Position numbers and translations under genes: made by a program
Notes under the pieces: model-generated
What the model saw: the letters and a program-made list of their open reading frames with translations, nothing else
What the model was told of the DNA's origin: nothing
Databases searched by the model: none
In this document: positions 43,480-53,383 of the stretch, one piece after another
Position numbering within the stretch: position 1 is the stretch's first letter
Layout: the number at the start of each line of letters is the position of its first letter
From: Rickettsiales bacterium
Lineage (GTDB): Bacteria > Pseudomonadota > Alphaproteobacteria > Rickettsiales > UBA1997
Direction of reading: 5' to 3'
Assembly: GCA_017999675.1 (NCBI GenBank)
Contig: JAGNLL010000002.1
Location: 66,918 to 130,917, forward strand
DNA: 64,000 nucleotides

Positions 43480-45057
43480 TTAACTATTCATCGACCTAAA
43501 AAACTCTTCGTTGGTCTTAGTGTGCTCAATTTTGTTGAGCAAGAATTCCATCGCGTCGATTGGGTTCATTGGGTTGACGATTCTTCTTAGCATCCAAATT
43601 TTTGACAAAGTGGCGCGGTCAAGAAGAAGCTCTTCTTTTCTGGTGCCAGAGCGCGTGATGTCAATTGCAGGGAAAATACGTTTGTCAGAAATTTTGCGAT
43701 CAAGCATAATTTCGGCGTTGCCGGTACCTTTGAATTCTTCAAAAATTACCTCGTCCATTTTCGAGCCGGTTTCAACCAAAGCAGTTGCAATGATTGTAAG
43801 CGAGCCACCTTCTTCGATGTTTCTGGCAGAACCAAAAAATCTTTTTGGACGTTGCAAAGCGTTTGAATCAACACCACCAGACAAAACTTTTCCTGAAGAA
43901 GGAATTACGTTGTTGTAAGCGCGAGCCAAGCGGGTGATGTTGTCGAGCAAAATCACCACGTCTTTTTTGGCTTCAACCAAACGACGCGCTTTTTCAATTA
44001 CCATTTCGGCAAGTTGCACGTGGCGAGTAGGTGGTTCGTCAAAAGTTGAGCTAACCACTTCGCCTTTTACGGTGCGAATCATGTCGGTTACTTCTTCGGG
44101 GCGTTCGTCAATTAGCAACACCAACAAAATAACTTCTGGGTGATTAGTGGTGATTGCGTGAGCAATATTTTGCATTAACGAAGTTTTACCAGTGCGTGGA
44201 GGCGCCACAATCAAGGCACGCTGACCTTTACCAAGAGGCGTCACCATGTCGATGATGCGCGTAGAGATGTCGTTGTTGAGAGGTTTGTCTTCTTCAAGGC
44301 GTAGTTTTTCTTGTGGGTAAAGTGGCGTTAAATCGTCAAATAAAACGCGGTTTCTGATTTTTTCTGGTGCGCCCAAATTTACTTCGGTGACGCGAAGTAG
44401 AGCAAAATATCTTTCGCCTTTTTTTGGCGCGCGAATTTGGCCAATAATGGTGTCGCCGGTGCGTAGGCCAAATCTTTTAATTTGGCTTGGCGAAACGTAA
44501 ATGTCGTCTGAACCTGCGAAATAGTTGGTTTCAGGAGATCTTAAAAAACCAAAGCCGTCTTCTAAAGATTCTAAAACGCCTTCGCCAATAATTACGTTTT
44601 CAGGATTTTGGTCAGAGAAATTTTTTAAAATGTGGTAGATAATGTCTTGTCTGTTGTAGTCGCCAATGTTGTCGAGGCCGTATTCTTTGGCCACTTTAAT
44701 TAGGTTTTCAGCTGATTTGCTTTTGAGATATTTAAGCTCAAGAGTTTTGCCGCTAGTTGGGCGACGCTGAGAATTTTCGTCTTCGTCGTCTTCGTTATTT
44801 GAAGAAGCTGGAGCCGCTGCAGTTGAAGCTGCAGGAGATGGAGGCGTAAATTGTAAAGTGCCACCACTTGCAATTGGATTAGCGCGGCTAATTAAGTTGC
44901 CGGTGTGAAGGCGTGGCGAAATTGGAGCGGGCTGCGTTTGAACATTTCCCTCAGTTGATGCTGGGGCTGGAGCCGCTGGAGCAGGGGCTTGGTTGCCTGC
45001 TTGATCTTGTTGATCTGAGTTAGAGCCGTAGCGCAAAGTTAGTTTTGATGTAGTCAT
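43480..45057 (-). CDS. rho: transcription termination factor Rho with a ~105-aa low-complexity N-terminal extension
   Basis: 525 aa. Canonical Rho runs from ...[22 protein letters not shown] onward (RNA-binding domain, [30 protein letters not shown]). Residues 1-105 are Ala/Pro/Gln/Ser-rich. Confidence 0.95.
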   Translation of the reverse strand: MTTSKLTLRYGSNSDQQDQAGNQAPAPAAPAPASTEGNVQTQPAPISPRLHTGNLISRANPIASGGTLQFTPPSPAASTAAAPASSNNEDDEDENSQRRPTSGKTLELKYLKSKSAENLIKVAKEYGLDNIGDYNRQDIIYHILKNFSDQNPENVIIGEGVLESLEDGFGFLRSPETNYFAGSDDIYVSPSQIKRFGLRTGDTIIGQIRAPKKGERYFALLRVTEVNLGAPEKIRNRVLFDDLTPLYPQEKLRLEEDKPLNNDISTRIIDMVTPLGKGQRALIVAPPRTGKTSLMQNIAHAITTNHPEVILLVLLIDERPEEVTDMIRTVKGEVVSSTFDEPPTRHVQLAEMVIEKARRLVEAKKDVVILLDNITRLARAYNNVIPSSGKVLSGGVDSNALQRPKRFFGSARNIEEGGSLTIIATALVETGSKMDEVIFEEFKGTGNAEIMLDRKISDKRIFPAIDITRSGTRKEELLLDRATLSKIWMLRRIVNPMNPIDAMEFLLNKIEHTKTNEEFFRSMNS

Positions 45058-45167
45058 TTTAGTAAGTTGGGGGTTGTTGTTTTTAGATTAGAAAAGCCTT
45101 GGGGGCCTTGGGTTTTATTTGTGAATTAGGTGAGGTTGGTAGCTGTCAACAGATGTGTAAAAACATC

Positions 45168-45205
45168 GCAAAAAACAAAGAGGTTGCGCTTTGTAAGAAG
45201 CGCAA
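45168..45205 (-). terminator. Rho-independent terminator after the exoD-like gene
   Basis: On the minus strand the stem is ttgcgctt/aagcgcaa with a 6-nt loop, followed by cctctttgttttttg. Confidence 0.55.
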
Positions 45206-45233
45206 TTGTTGCAGTCAAGCGTTGAAGTCGCTC

Positions 45234-45845
45234 TTAAAAGAAAAAATCTTTAATGTGCTTTAAAGCTTCAACACCAAGCACTACGGCGGTAATTGAAATT
45301 GCCATTCCGATTAGGCCAGTGACGACTCCGCAAATTACGACAAGCCCGTCTTTACCAAGAAGTCCGAACGAAATTATTAAAATTCCAAGTCCGGGAATAA
45401 AGTTTGAAAGCGGCATTGGTAGCACAATGAAAGACGAAAAAAGCAGTGTAAAAAAGCCGATTACTCTTTGGGCGTTAAACGACACAAAAGCAGAAAGGCG
45501 TGGCCGCAAAATGCGCTCAACTTTGCGAATGTAAGGCGAAGATTTTTGCACCAACATTGCCACCACAGACCTTTTTACTGTGAGGTTAGCAAATCTTTTT
45601 GGCAATTTTGGTGCTTGGTAGCCCAACATCATTTGCGCCGAAAAAACCACTAAAGGTAAGGCAATAATGCTAGGGAAGGGAGGCGGAAGTGGAATAATAA
45701 TGCCAAAAGCAAAAATCATAATCGCCAAGCCAAAACCAATGGTTTCCATGGCTTCAACTAAGTCGCGCACGAGAAGGCGGTCATGAGATGTGCGGTTGAC
45801 GACATCTTCAATTACTTGAGTTGTGATGATTTTGTTTTGATCCAC
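45234..45845 (-). CDS. ExoD-family membrane protein
   Basis: 203 aa, polytopic. The pattern LLVRDLVEAMETIGFGLAIMIFAFGIIIPLPPPFPSIIALPLVVFSAQMMLGYQAPKLPKRF matches the ExoD family. Confidence 0.6.
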   Translation of the reverse strand: MDQNKIITTQVIEDVVNRTSHDRLLVRDLVEAMETIGFGLAIMIFAFGIIIPLPPPFPSIIALPLVVFSAQMMLGYQAPKLPKRFANLTVKRSVVAMLVQKSSPYIRKVERILRPRLSAFVSFNAQRVIGFFTLLFSSFIVLPMPLSNFIPGLGILIISFGLLGKDGLVVICGVVTGLIGMAISITAVVLGVEALKHIKDFFF

Positions 45846-46028
45846 TTAAGAATTTTTTTCGTCAGATTTTTTTTCAGGCTCAGATTTTTTGTCTTCGCCT
45901 TTCAAACCTTTTTTTAAACTCTTAATTCCCTTTCCAATATCGCCCATGACATTTGGCAATTTTCCTGCGCCAAAAAGCACGAAGATGATTACGAGGATTA
46001 CTAATAACTCGCCGATTCCTAGAGACAT
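45846..46028 (-). CDS. tatA: Sec-independent translocase subunit TatA/E
   Basis: 60 aa. [43 protein letters not shown] is the TatA TM plus amphipathic helix signature. Confidence 0.82.
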   Translation of the reverse strand: MSLGIGELLVILVIIFVLFGAGKLPNVMGDIGKGIKSLKKGLKGEDKKSEPEKKSDEKNS

Positions 46029-46069
46029 TTTTGACCTCGTTTAATTTATTTTTTTCAAATTTTAGAACT

Positions 46070-46179
46070 GAGTGTGTGAATAACCACCCCCAACCCCTCC
46101 TTCAAAAGGAGGGGCTTTAGTCCGCACTCGGAGGTGAGCACTCCCCTCCTTTTGAAGGAGGGGTTGGGGGTGGTTATTC
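46070..46179. repeat. Family A nested palindromic element, copy A2 (subfamily with 5-C run)
   Basis: gagtgtgtgaataaccacccccaacccctccttcaaaaggagggg - ctttagtccgcactcggaggtgagcact - cccctccttttgaaggaggggttgggggtggttattc. It lies between the tatA start and the thyX stop. Confidence 0.9.
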
Positions 46180-46188
46180 TCAGCAATC

Positions 46189-47136
46189 TTACTTTATTTC
46201 AAACCCCAACAATTTCTCCAACTCACCCCATTCTCTAACACTCAAGCCACTTTCTGCTTGGCTAACTTTTTCACCTTTTAACATTTTTTTAATCACTTCA
46301 AGCGCAGGGCCTGCCAAGTTTTTCCCTTCTTTTTGATGCTTCATGAAAGCTTCAAAACAGTGAGGAACCCACTTCTTCACCATGTCCAACATCACTTCGG
46401 CGTAAACGCGAATTTCATATTGAGCGTGCGGGTCGGCGCGCAAATTTAAAAAGTGCAAAAGATTGTGTAGGTCAATTTTCCAATACCATTGCGTGTAGCA
46501 GCTAAGTGGCAAATTCATGCGGGCAAGTTCGCGAGCCAAACCCTCTTTGCTTTCGTCAACCGTAGCACCCAAAGGATCTTGGTTAATCATTTCTAGGTAG
46601 TGGTCGTAGGCTTTGGTTGAGTCGTTTTTTAAAATTTCTAAAACGCGTTTTGACTCAGCGGCATTTAGCACGCTCGACTCGTCGCGGCCTTGGTGATTAA
46701 CCTTTGATTGCGCCGACAAATTTTCGGCTTTTGGCACGTAAAACTCATCTTCAACAATTGAGTAGCGGGCAGAATATTCGTTCACCGAAGCTGTGCGATG
46801 GCGAATCCATTGGCGCGCCACAAAAATTGGCAATTTGATGTGAAATTTAATTTCGCACATTTCAAGCGGCGTGGTGTGGCGGTGCGCGATTAAATAATTA
46901 ATCAAAGCTTTGTCGGCGTTAACTTTTTTAGTGCCTTGTCCGTAAGAAACGCGAGCTGCTTGCACCACGGCTGAATCGTTGCCCATGTAGTCAACAACGC
47001 GTACAAAACCGTGATCTAAAACTTCAAAAGGCTTGTACAAAATTTCTTCAAGTTCGGGCGCAACTGGTCTGAGAGTTTGGCTTGAGGCAGCGCGCAGCAC
47101 GTTGATTTCTTCAAGTTGCTCTTTTTTGATTGTCAT
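46189..47136 (-). CDS. thyX: FAD-dependent thymidylate synthase
   Basis: It has the ThyX motif [14 protein letters not shown]. The tracked ORF extends to 47220, but the ATG at 47136 ([11 protein letters not shown]...) gives a typical length (315 aa) and avoids overlapping the uvrC start. Confidence 0.9.
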   Translation of the reverse strand: MTIKKEQLEEINVLRAASSQTLRPVAPELEEILYKPFEVLDHGFVRVVDYMGNDSAVVQAARVSYGQGTKKVNADKALINYLIAHRHTTPLEMCEIKFHIKLPIFVARQWIRHRTASVNEYSARYSIVEDEFYVPKAENLSAQSKVNHQGRDESSVLNAAESKRVLEILKNDSTKAYDHYLEMINQDPLGATVDESKEGLARELARMNLPLSCYTQWYWKIDLHNLLHFLNLRADPHAQYEIRVYAEVMLDMVKKWVPHCFEAFMKHQKEGKNLAGPALEVIKKMLKGEKVSQAESGLSVREWGELEKLLGFEIK

Positions 47137-47218
47137 TTTTTTGGGAGATTTTTTTAAAGGAATTTTATTTGCGCGAAAACTAGATTTTGCTTTCCTTCTT
47201 TTCAAAGAAATATTTTTC

Positions 47219-48862
47219 ATGCCCGCCGAATCAATAAAAACGCAGCTTGCCGCAATTCCTCAAAATCCGGGAGTTTACCAGTTTTTTGACGCCAAAGAGC
47301 AAATTCTTTACGTAGGAAAAGCCAAAAATTTGCACAAGCGCGTTTCAAGCTACACCAAGCCAAACCAGCTTTCAAACCGCATTGCGCGCATGGTTTTTTT
47401 GGCGCAAAAAATTGAAATTATTCAAACCGAAAACGAAGTTGAAGCGCTTCTGCTTGAGCACAATTTAATCAAAAAACTCTCTCCCCGATTTAATATTTTG
47501 CTGCGTGACGACAAAACTTTTCCGCAAATTTTAATTACAGATCACAAATTTCCGCAAATTACCAAGCATCGTGGGCAAAAAAATACTAAGGGTTCGCACT
47601 TTGGGCCGTTTGCGTCAGCGCACGATGTTAAACACACAATTGACGTTTTGCGTAAAATTTTTCTGCTTCGAAATTGCTCGGATGACGAATTTAAATCGCG
47701 CAAAAAACCCTGCTTAGAATTTCAAATTAAAAGATGTCTAGCGCCTTGCGTGGCAATGGTTTCAGAGGATGACTACCAAATTGCTGTAAAAAACACGATT
47801 GAGTTTTTAAGCGGAAAATCGGTGGAAGTGCAAAAAGAATTAACTGCCAAAATGCAGCAATTAAGCGCGGCGCAAAATTACGAAAAAGCAGCTTTTGTGC
47901 GCGACCAAATTAAGTCGCTAGATGCCATTCAAACCAAACAAAATATTAATGTGGACGGCATTGACAATGCTGATGTGATTACGGTTGTGACCACAAATGG
48001 TGCGGTTTGCGCTTATGTTGGATTTTTTCGCGGTGGGCAAAGTTTGGGTTCGAAACCTTATTTTTACGAAATTGAGAATGGCAAAAAATTAGAAGAATTT
48101 TTAGCCGAATTTTTAGGACAATTTTATTTGGCGCAAATTGCACCAAGCCTTGTGTTGCTTAACTTGGAGCTTGAAGAGAAAAATTTAATGGAAGAATTTC
48201 TGGCAAAAATTTCTGACAAAAAAACCGAAATTCTCACGCCAAAACGCGGCGCCAGATTGGCTTTAATCAAGGATCAAGAGCGTTTAGCGCTACAAAATTT
48301 AGAGCAAAAAATTCTGCAAAATTTAAATAATAAAGAGCTGTTATTTGAGGTAAAAAAACTTTTCGATTTGCCAAAAATGCCGCAGCGAATTGAGGTTTAT
48401 GACAATAGTCACACGCAAGGAACCAATGCGGTTGGAGCCTTGATTACCGCGGGTGTGGATGGTTTTATTAAAAGCGGCTACCGCAAGTTTAATATTAGGT
48501 TTGAAGGTTCTGGTGGTAATCGCGACGACACCGCAATGATGCGCGAGGTTTTAATGCGACGTTTTTCGAAGTTGGAAAAAGCTGAATATCCTGATTTGAT
48601 TATTATTGACGGAGGCAAGGGGCAGTTGAGTGCGGCGCAAGAGGTGTTTGCTGAGTTAAAATTAAAAATTCCGCTGGTTTGCATGTCGAAAGGTGAAAAT
48701 AGAAATGCTGGTGAGGAGTGGTTTCATCAATTTGACAGCGATCCATTTACATTACCAAAACATCACCCCGTAATGCATTATTTGCAGCGGTTGCGTGACG
48801 AGGCGCATCGGTTTGCGATTATGACTCATCGTAAGAAGAGGGGGAAGGCAGCGCTGGAGTGA
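47219..48862 (+). CDS. uvrC: excinuclease ABC subunit C, lacking the C-terminal (HhH)2 domain
   Basis: The start was reset to ATG 47219 ([24 protein letters not shown]..., GIY-YIG). The UvrBC-interaction and endonuclease domains are present, through [23 protein letters not shown]. The ORF ends where the HhH region should begin (547 aa). Confidence 0.88.
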   Translation: MPAESIKTQLAAIPQNPGVYQFFDAKEQILYVGKAKNLHKRVSSYTKPNQLSNRIARMVFLAQKIEIIQTENEVEALLLEHNLIKKLSPRFNILLRDDKTFPQILITDHKFPQITKHRGQKNTKGSHFGPFASAHDVKHTIDVLRKIFLLRNCSDDEFKSRKKPCLEFQIKRCLAPCVAMVSEDDYQIAVKNTIEFLSGKSVEVQKELTAKMQQLSAAQNYEKAAFVRDQIKSLDAIQTKQNINVDGIDNADVITVVTTNGAVCAYVGFFRGGQSLGSKPYFYEIENGKKLEEFLAEFLGQFYLAQIAPSLVLLNLELEEKNLMEEFLAKISDKKTEILTPKRGARLALIKDQERLALQNLEQKILQNLNNKELLFEVKKLFDLPKMPQRIEVYDNSHTQGTNAVGALITAGVDGFIKSGYRKFNIRFEGSGGNRDDTAMMREVLMRRFSKLEKAEYPDLIIIDGGKGQLSAAQEVFAELKLKIPLVCMSKGENRNAGEEWFHQFDSDPFTLPKHHPVMHYLQRLRDEAHRFAIMTHRKKRGKAALE

Positions 48863-48883
48863 TTTTTTTAAGAAAATTAAAAT

Positions 48884-49003
48884 CGAGTGTGCGAATAACC
48901 ACCCCCAACCCCTCCTTCAAAAGGAGGGGAGTGCTTACCTCCGAGCGCGAACTAAAGCCCCTCCTTTTGAAGGAGGGGTTGGGGGTGGTTATTCGCACAC
49001 TCG
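48884..49003. repeat. Family A nested palindromic element, copy A3 (perfect 46-bp arms)
   Basis: cgagtgtgcgaataaccacccccaacccctccttcaaaaggagggg is mirrored exactly. The 28-nt centre is the reverse complement of the A2 centre. It starts 22 nt after the uvrC stop. Confidence 0.92.
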
Positions 49004-49028
49004 GTCTAGAATTTTCCACCTCTAAGCC

Positions 49029-49071
49029 AAAAAAAATCCCCCGAAACAAATCTGTTTCGAGGGATTTTTTA
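49029..49071. terminator. Bidirectional Rho-independent terminator
   Basis: Stem atcccccgaaaca / tgtttcgagggat, flanked by AAAAAAAA on the left and TTTTTTA on the right. It lies downstream of skp (minus strand) and of uvrC (plus strand). Confidence 0.7.
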
Positions 49072-49094
49072 TTGTCTAAAACTTAAGTAATTTC

Positions 49095-49616
49095 TTACTC
49101 AAATTTCACATCAACTTTAGTAATTTTTTTGTTCAATCTGCTCAAAACATCAGCAGAAACATCAAGCTCGTCTTTGTAGTAAAGAGCTTGAGCTGAAGGC
49201 AAAATCACATCTAAATCTTTTTCTTTTGAGATGTCAGAAATGATGTCCTTGATTTTGTCGTTAACTTTGCCCATTGCATCCAATGAAGCTTTTTTCAAAG
49301 AGTTTTGTCTTTTGTCGACAAAAGTTTTTAGGTCTTCAACTTTCTTTTCGAAAGCGGCCACTTCTTTGTCTAAAGCTTCTTTTGAAAGCACGTTTTTCTT
49401 GCCTTCAAGCTTTTTTTGTTCGGCTTCAAGACCAGTTTGTTTTTTGGTCACTTCTTTTTGGTATTCGTCTTGTTTTTTAGAGACTTTGTTTTGGATGTCT
49501 TTCATTGCGACTGATTCTTTGACGATTTTTTCAACGTCTAAAATGCCAATTCCGCCAGCAAAAGCGTTGAATGAAAAAAGCGCAAAAAGAGCGGTTAAGA
49601 TTGTTAGTTTGTTCAT
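49095..49616 (-). CDS. skp: periplasmic chaperone Skp/OmpH
   Basis: 173 aa. It has a signal peptide, then a Lys/Glu-rich coiled-coil body flanked by IGILDVEKIV... and ...VILPSAQALYY, typical of the OmpH family. Confidence 0.75.
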   Translation of the reverse strand: MNKLTILTALFALFSFNAFAGGIGILDVEKIVKESVAMKDIQNKVSKKQDEYQKEVTKKQTGLEAEQKKLEGKKNVLSKEALDKEVAAFEKKVEDLKTFVDKRQNSLKKASLDAMGKVNDKIKDIISDISKEKDLDVILPSAQALYYKDELDVSADVLSRLNKKITKVDVKFE

Positions 49617-49792
49617 GGTTCCTCGTGATTGTTTGATTTTGAATTAAGGTGGTGCTTTTGAAAAACATCTAAAGCAGGGCGGGGCAAACTAAGAGGGCAA
49701 AAATTTACTTTCAATTAGTAAGATCGAAGCTTGTTTTTATGGTTTGGCGTCCCTAGGTTGCGGGCCTTTCCCCAACATTTACAAAATACAAA

Positions 49793-50389
49793 ATGACTAG
49801 CAAAAAAATCGTGCGCCCAACTCAAAAGCAGGCGGAAGACGCAGTTCGCACTTTAATTTCTTGGGCGGGAGATAATCCTAACCGCGAAGGTTTACTTGAA
49901 ACGCCAAAGCGCGTGGTCAAAGCCTACCGCGAATTTTTTGCTGGCTACGACGCAAATCCCGACGAAATTTTAGGCAAAACTTTTGAAGAAGTTGAGGGTT
50001 ACGACGACATGGTTTTGCTTAAAGACATGCGCATGGAATCTCACTGCGAGCACCACATGGTGCCGTTTTTGGGCATGGCTCACATTGCCTATATTCCAAA
50101 TAAAAAAGTTGTTGGCATTAGCAAAATTGCGCGTCTTTTAGATGTTTTTTCAAAGCGTTTGCAAACCCAAGAAACCATGACGGCGCAAATTGCAGAAACA
50201 TTGAGCAAAGGCCTAAAAGCCAAAGGCGTGGCGGTTTTAATTGACGCCAAACACCAATGCATGACCACACGCGGCATACATAAAATACACACCTCAACAA
50301 TCACCAAAAGCATGCTTGGTGTTTTTAAAAATGACCCAGAAATGGAGAGAAAATTTTTGACAATGATTAGCCTTAAAAGCTCATGCTAA
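49793..50389 (+). CDS. folE: GTP cyclohydrolase I
   Basis: 198 aa. Canonical blocks are present: REGLLETPKRV, SHCEHHMVPF, RLQTQETMT and HQCMTTRG. Confidence 0.93.
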   Translation: MTSKKIVRPTQKQAEDAVRTLISWAGDNPNREGLLETPKRVVKAYREFFAGYDANPDEILGKTFEEVEGYDDMVLLKDMRMESHCEHHMVPFLGMAHIAYIPNKKVVGISKIARLLDVFSKRLQTQETMTAQIAETLSKGLKAKGVAVLIDAKHQCMTTRGIHKIHTSTITKSMLGVFKNDPEMERKFLTMISLKSSC

Positions 50390-50982
50390 TTGACTATAAC
50401 TGCAAAATAATTTTGGCCTCAACTTCTAAAGTTCGTAAAAAAATTTTAGAAGAAGCTGGTTTAAAATTTGTAGTTGTTGCTCCGCTTTACGATGAAGATG
50501 AAGAGAAAAAAAATTTAAAATTATCTCCAAAAAAATTAGCAGTTTTTCTTGCCAAAGAAAAAGCTTTGTCAGTTAGTAGAAAATTTACCGATGCAGTAGT
50601 GATAGGCTCAGATCAAGCTTGTGAGTTTGAAGAAAAAGAAATTTCTAAATCGAAAAATGCTCTTGAAGCAGTCAAACAATTAAAAAAATTTAGCGGCAAA
50701 GTTCACTTTCAAAATAATGCGGTTTGCGTTGCAAAAAATGGCAAAGTAATTTTTCAAAACTTCTCGCGAGTGAAATTGCAAATGCGCAAAATGGACGGCA
50801 AAGAAATTGAAAATTACGTTAAGATCGATCAACCGTGGGGCTGCGCTGGAAGCTATAAATACGAGTCTTTAGGCAAGCATCTCTTCGAAAAAATTTCTGG
50901 CGATTATTACTCAGTTTTGGGTTTGGCAATTCAGCCGTTAGTCGCTTTTCTTCATCAAAAAAAATTAATACAATTTAAGTAA
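50383..50982 (+). CDS. maf: Maf-like nucleoside triphosphate pyrophosphatase
   Basis: 199 aa. Matching blocks are IILASTSKVRKKILEEAGL, IGSDQ and AGSYKYES. It overlaps the folE stop by 7 nt. Confidence 0.8.
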   Translation: MLIDYNCKIILASTSKVRKKILEEAGLKFVVVAPLYDEDEEKKNLKLSPKKLAVFLAKEKALSVSRKFTDAVVIGSDQACEFEEKEISKSKNALEAVKQLKKFSGKVHFQNNAVCVAKNGKVIFQNFSRVKLQMRKMDGKEIENYVKIDQPWGCAGSYKYESLGKHLFEKISGDYYSVLGLAIQPLVAFLHQKKLIQFK

Positions 50983-50987
50983 ATTTT

Positions 50988-51701
50988 ATGGAAATTCTTA
51001 CCTACGACATTTTTTTTAGCTTACTTACTCTTACCTTCCTCGAGATCATTCTGGGCATCGACAACCTAATTTTTATCACCTTGGTGGTGCAAAAATTGCC
51101 GGTTAAATTTCGCAAAACTGCCAGTGCCTTCGGCCTTTCGCTAGCATTCATCATTCGTATTTTAATGCTGTTAACGCTGTCTTGGGTGATGAGTTTGACC
51201 GAGCCTTTATTTCACATTGGAGAAGTGGGATTCTCGCACAAAGACTTTTTGTTAATTGCTGGTGGCGTGTTTTTAATAGTTAAAAGTGGCGGAGAAATTG
51301 CGCGTGATGCATTTTTCGGAATTCATCCCTCAAAAGAAAATAAAGAAATTCGCGTTGGCGAAACCTTCTTGGCAGCGGTTTTACAAATTACTTTAATTGA
51401 CTTCATCTTCTCTTTCGACTCAGTAATTACAGCAGTTGGTATGACCAGCAACATTCCTGTAATCGTCACCGCAATTGTCATTGCAATGATTGTAATGTTT
51501 TTTGCCTCAACATTTGTTAGTGGATTTTTGGCTAAATATCCTTCGCTAAAAATTGTAGCTTTGGCCTTTATCTTTATGGTTGGCGTTATCCTGTTGGCCG
51601 ATGGATTGCACCTTCATATTTCTAAAGGATACCTTTACTTCTCTCTATTTTTCACTCTTACCGTTGAGTCTATCAACATCATCGCTCGCAAAAAACACTA
51701 A
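50988..51701 (+). CDS. TerC-family integral membrane protein
   Basis: 237 aa, polytopic. It has the paired TerC motifs LEIILGIDNLIF and IDFIFSFDSVITAVGM. Confidence 0.8.
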   Translation: MEILTYDIFFSLLTLTFLEIILGIDNLIFITLVVQKLPVKFRKTASAFGLSLAFIIRILMLLTLSWVMSLTEPLFHIGEVGFSHKDFLLIAGGVFLIVKSGGEIARDAFFGIHPSKENKEIRVGETFLAAVLQITLIDFIFSFDSVITAVGMTSNIPVIVTAIVIAMIVMFFASTFVSGFLAKYPSLKIVALAFIFMVGVILLADGLHLHISKGYLYFSLFFTLTVESINIIARKKH

Positions 51702-51711
51702 GGAAAAAAAC

Positions 51712-52287
51712 ATGAAAAACTTCTCAAAAATAATCACCATTTCAGCAATTGCTTTGACGCTTTCTTCTTGCGCAGTTTTTGAAAATCTAATGCCAAAAAA
51801 AGAGGCTCCGCAGCTAGACTATCTTGATGGCGCCAATAAAATGGATTTGAAAAAATTCTTCGATGGCAACCTTGAAGGTTTTGCAATTAAGCAAGACGCA
51901 ACTGGTAAAATCGTCAGCACCTTCACCGCAAAAGTTAATGGAAAGTGGGAAGAAAACAAAGGCGTTGTCCAATTTAACTATCTTTACAGCGACAATACAA
52001 AAGACAGCAGAACTTGGCTAATCACTGCCAATTCTGACAACACGTTTGACGCGGTTGGACACGACATTGCAACTGCTGCAAAAGGTAAGCAAATTGGTAA
52101 TGCCGCACAATCAATTTACAGCTTAATGGTTGGTCCAAAAACCGACAAAGAAGAAGTAAATTTTGAAGATAAAATGTATTTAGTTGACGAAAAATCTGTG
52201 ATCATGATTTCAAACTTCAAAGGTAAAAAATCAGCGAAAGGCACTGCCGGAAAAATTATTTTCTCCCTTAAAAAAGTCGCAAATTAA
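51712..52287 (+). CDS. DUF3833-family lipoprotein
   Basis: The start was reset to ATG 51712 (MKNFSKIITISAIALTLSSC, lipobox). The pattern LDLKKFFDGNLEGFA...GKWEENKGV...SRTWLIT...AKGKQIGNA matches DUF3833 as I recall it. Confidence 0.6.
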   Translation: MKNFSKIITISAIALTLSSCAVFENLMPKKEAPQLDYLDGANKMDLKKFFDGNLEGFAIKQDATGKIVSTFTAKVNGKWEENKGVVQFNYLYSDNTKDSRTWLITANSDNTFDAVGHDIATAAKGKQIGNAAQSIYSLMVGPKTDKEEVNFEDKMYLVDEKSVIMISNFKGKKSAKGTAGKIIFSLKKVAN

Positions 52288-52289
52288 TA

Positions 52290-53267
52290 ATGGCTAAACA
52301 CAGTCCAATCCTGTTTTCATACGCTTTTGATGCTGAGGGAAAACCTCAAAAAATTCACGACAGAAAAGCTTCAAAAGAAATTGAAAATGAAGGATTGGCT
52401 TGGGCCCACTTAGATGCCGGAAATGACTCAGCAAAAGTTTGGCTAGAAAAAGAAGTTAGTTACCTCGATCACCTAATAGTTGACGCGCTACTTGCGCAAG
52501 AAACTCGCCCAAGAGTGATGGAATTTTCTGGTGGATTATTGATCATTTTGCGCTCTGTAAATCTTAATAAAAATTCTGAACCAGACGACATGGTGTCGCT
52601 TCGCATTTGGATTGATGCTGATCGCATTATCACAATTCAGCGCCGCGAAGTTAAGGCGGTTTACCAAATTGCAGATCAACTAGACCAAGGTAAAATAATC
52701 AAAAATTCGGGAGAGTTTTTATACAATTTGCTCTACCAAATTTTACAAAAAACCTCACCATTTCTCTACGCCTTAAACGAAAAAATTGACGCTCTAGAAG
52801 AAAAAATCATGACCACTCACGACATGAAATTTCGTGAAGAAATTTTACAAATCAGAACTCAATCGGCAGTTTTTAAGCGTTATTTATCACCGCAGCGCGA
52901 GGTTATTTCTAAGCTTCGCACAATTAATCAAGGCTGGATTGACGATTGGTCAAAACGTCACTTTCAAGAAAATTTCGATCACATTACTCACCTTCTTGAA
53001 GAGGCAGATGAAGCCTCAAGCAGATCGCAAATTTTGCACGAAGAGCTGTCAAACGCCATGAGCGAGCGCCTAAATAAAAGCATGTACAAGCTTTCGATGA
53101 TCAGCATTATTTTTATGCCACTAACTTTCGTCACCGGCCTTTTCGGCATGAATGTTGGCGGCATTCCTGGTTCGCAAAACGAGGCTGCTTTTTACATCTG
53201 CACTTTTGCTACGCTGCTGGTGGTGTTGGTTCATTTGGTAATTCTGAAGACGAAGAATCGTCTTTAA
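52290..53267 (+). CDS. CorA-superfamily divalent cation transporter (ZntB-like)
   Basis: 325 aa. It has a cytoplasmic N-domain and two C-terminal TM helices with FMPLTFVTGLFGMNVGGIPG (the GMN motif in a ZntB-like context). Confidence 0.8.
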   Translation: MAKHSPILFSYAFDAEGKPQKIHDRKASKEIENEGLAWAHLDAGNDSAKVWLEKEVSYLDHLIVDALLAQETRPRVMEFSGGLLIILRSVNLNKNSEPDDMVSLRIWIDADRIITIQRREVKAVYQIADQLDQGKIIKNSGEFLYNLLYQILQKTSPFLYALNEKIDALEEKIMTTHDMKFREEILQIRTQSAVFKRYLSPQREVISKLRTINQGWIDDWSKRHFQENFDHITHLLEEADEASSRSQILHEELSNAMSERLNKSMYKLSMISIIFMPLTFVTGLFGMNVGGIPGSQNEAAFYICTFATLLVVLVHLVILKTKNRL

Positions 53268-53383
53268 AAATAGTTTAAAAGTTTTTCTTGTCCCTAAATT
53301 ATTCATCCAACACAGATGTCGTGCTGATCTTGCGGAGGCATGATTCAAGACTCGGGACGGCATCATGCCTCGACAAGCTCAGC

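Noticed and set aside
47033-47220. An apparent 188-nt overlap of the thyX and uvrC ORFs as given in the ORF track.
   Set aside because: Both tracked ORFs are maximal extensions. Internal ATGs (thyX 47136, uvrC 47219) coincide with where homology begins and give a normal divergent arrangement with an 82-bp spacer.
48819-49086. ORFs 48819-49049 (minus), 48859-49086 (plus) and 43162-43419 (minus), plus the N-terminal 42 aa of tracked ORF 59085-60482. All contain KEGLGWLF / NPSFKRRG-type peptides.
   Set aside because: These are translations of family A palindromes. The same peptide appears on both strands because the DNA is palindromic. They are not genes.
49617-49792. Possible riboswitch (THF or preQ1 type) in the 176-nt leader upstream of folE.
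   Set aside because: I could not recognise the conserved cores of either class by eye, and no terminator or anti-terminator pair is evident. Only a covariance-model scan could support this, so it is not claimed.
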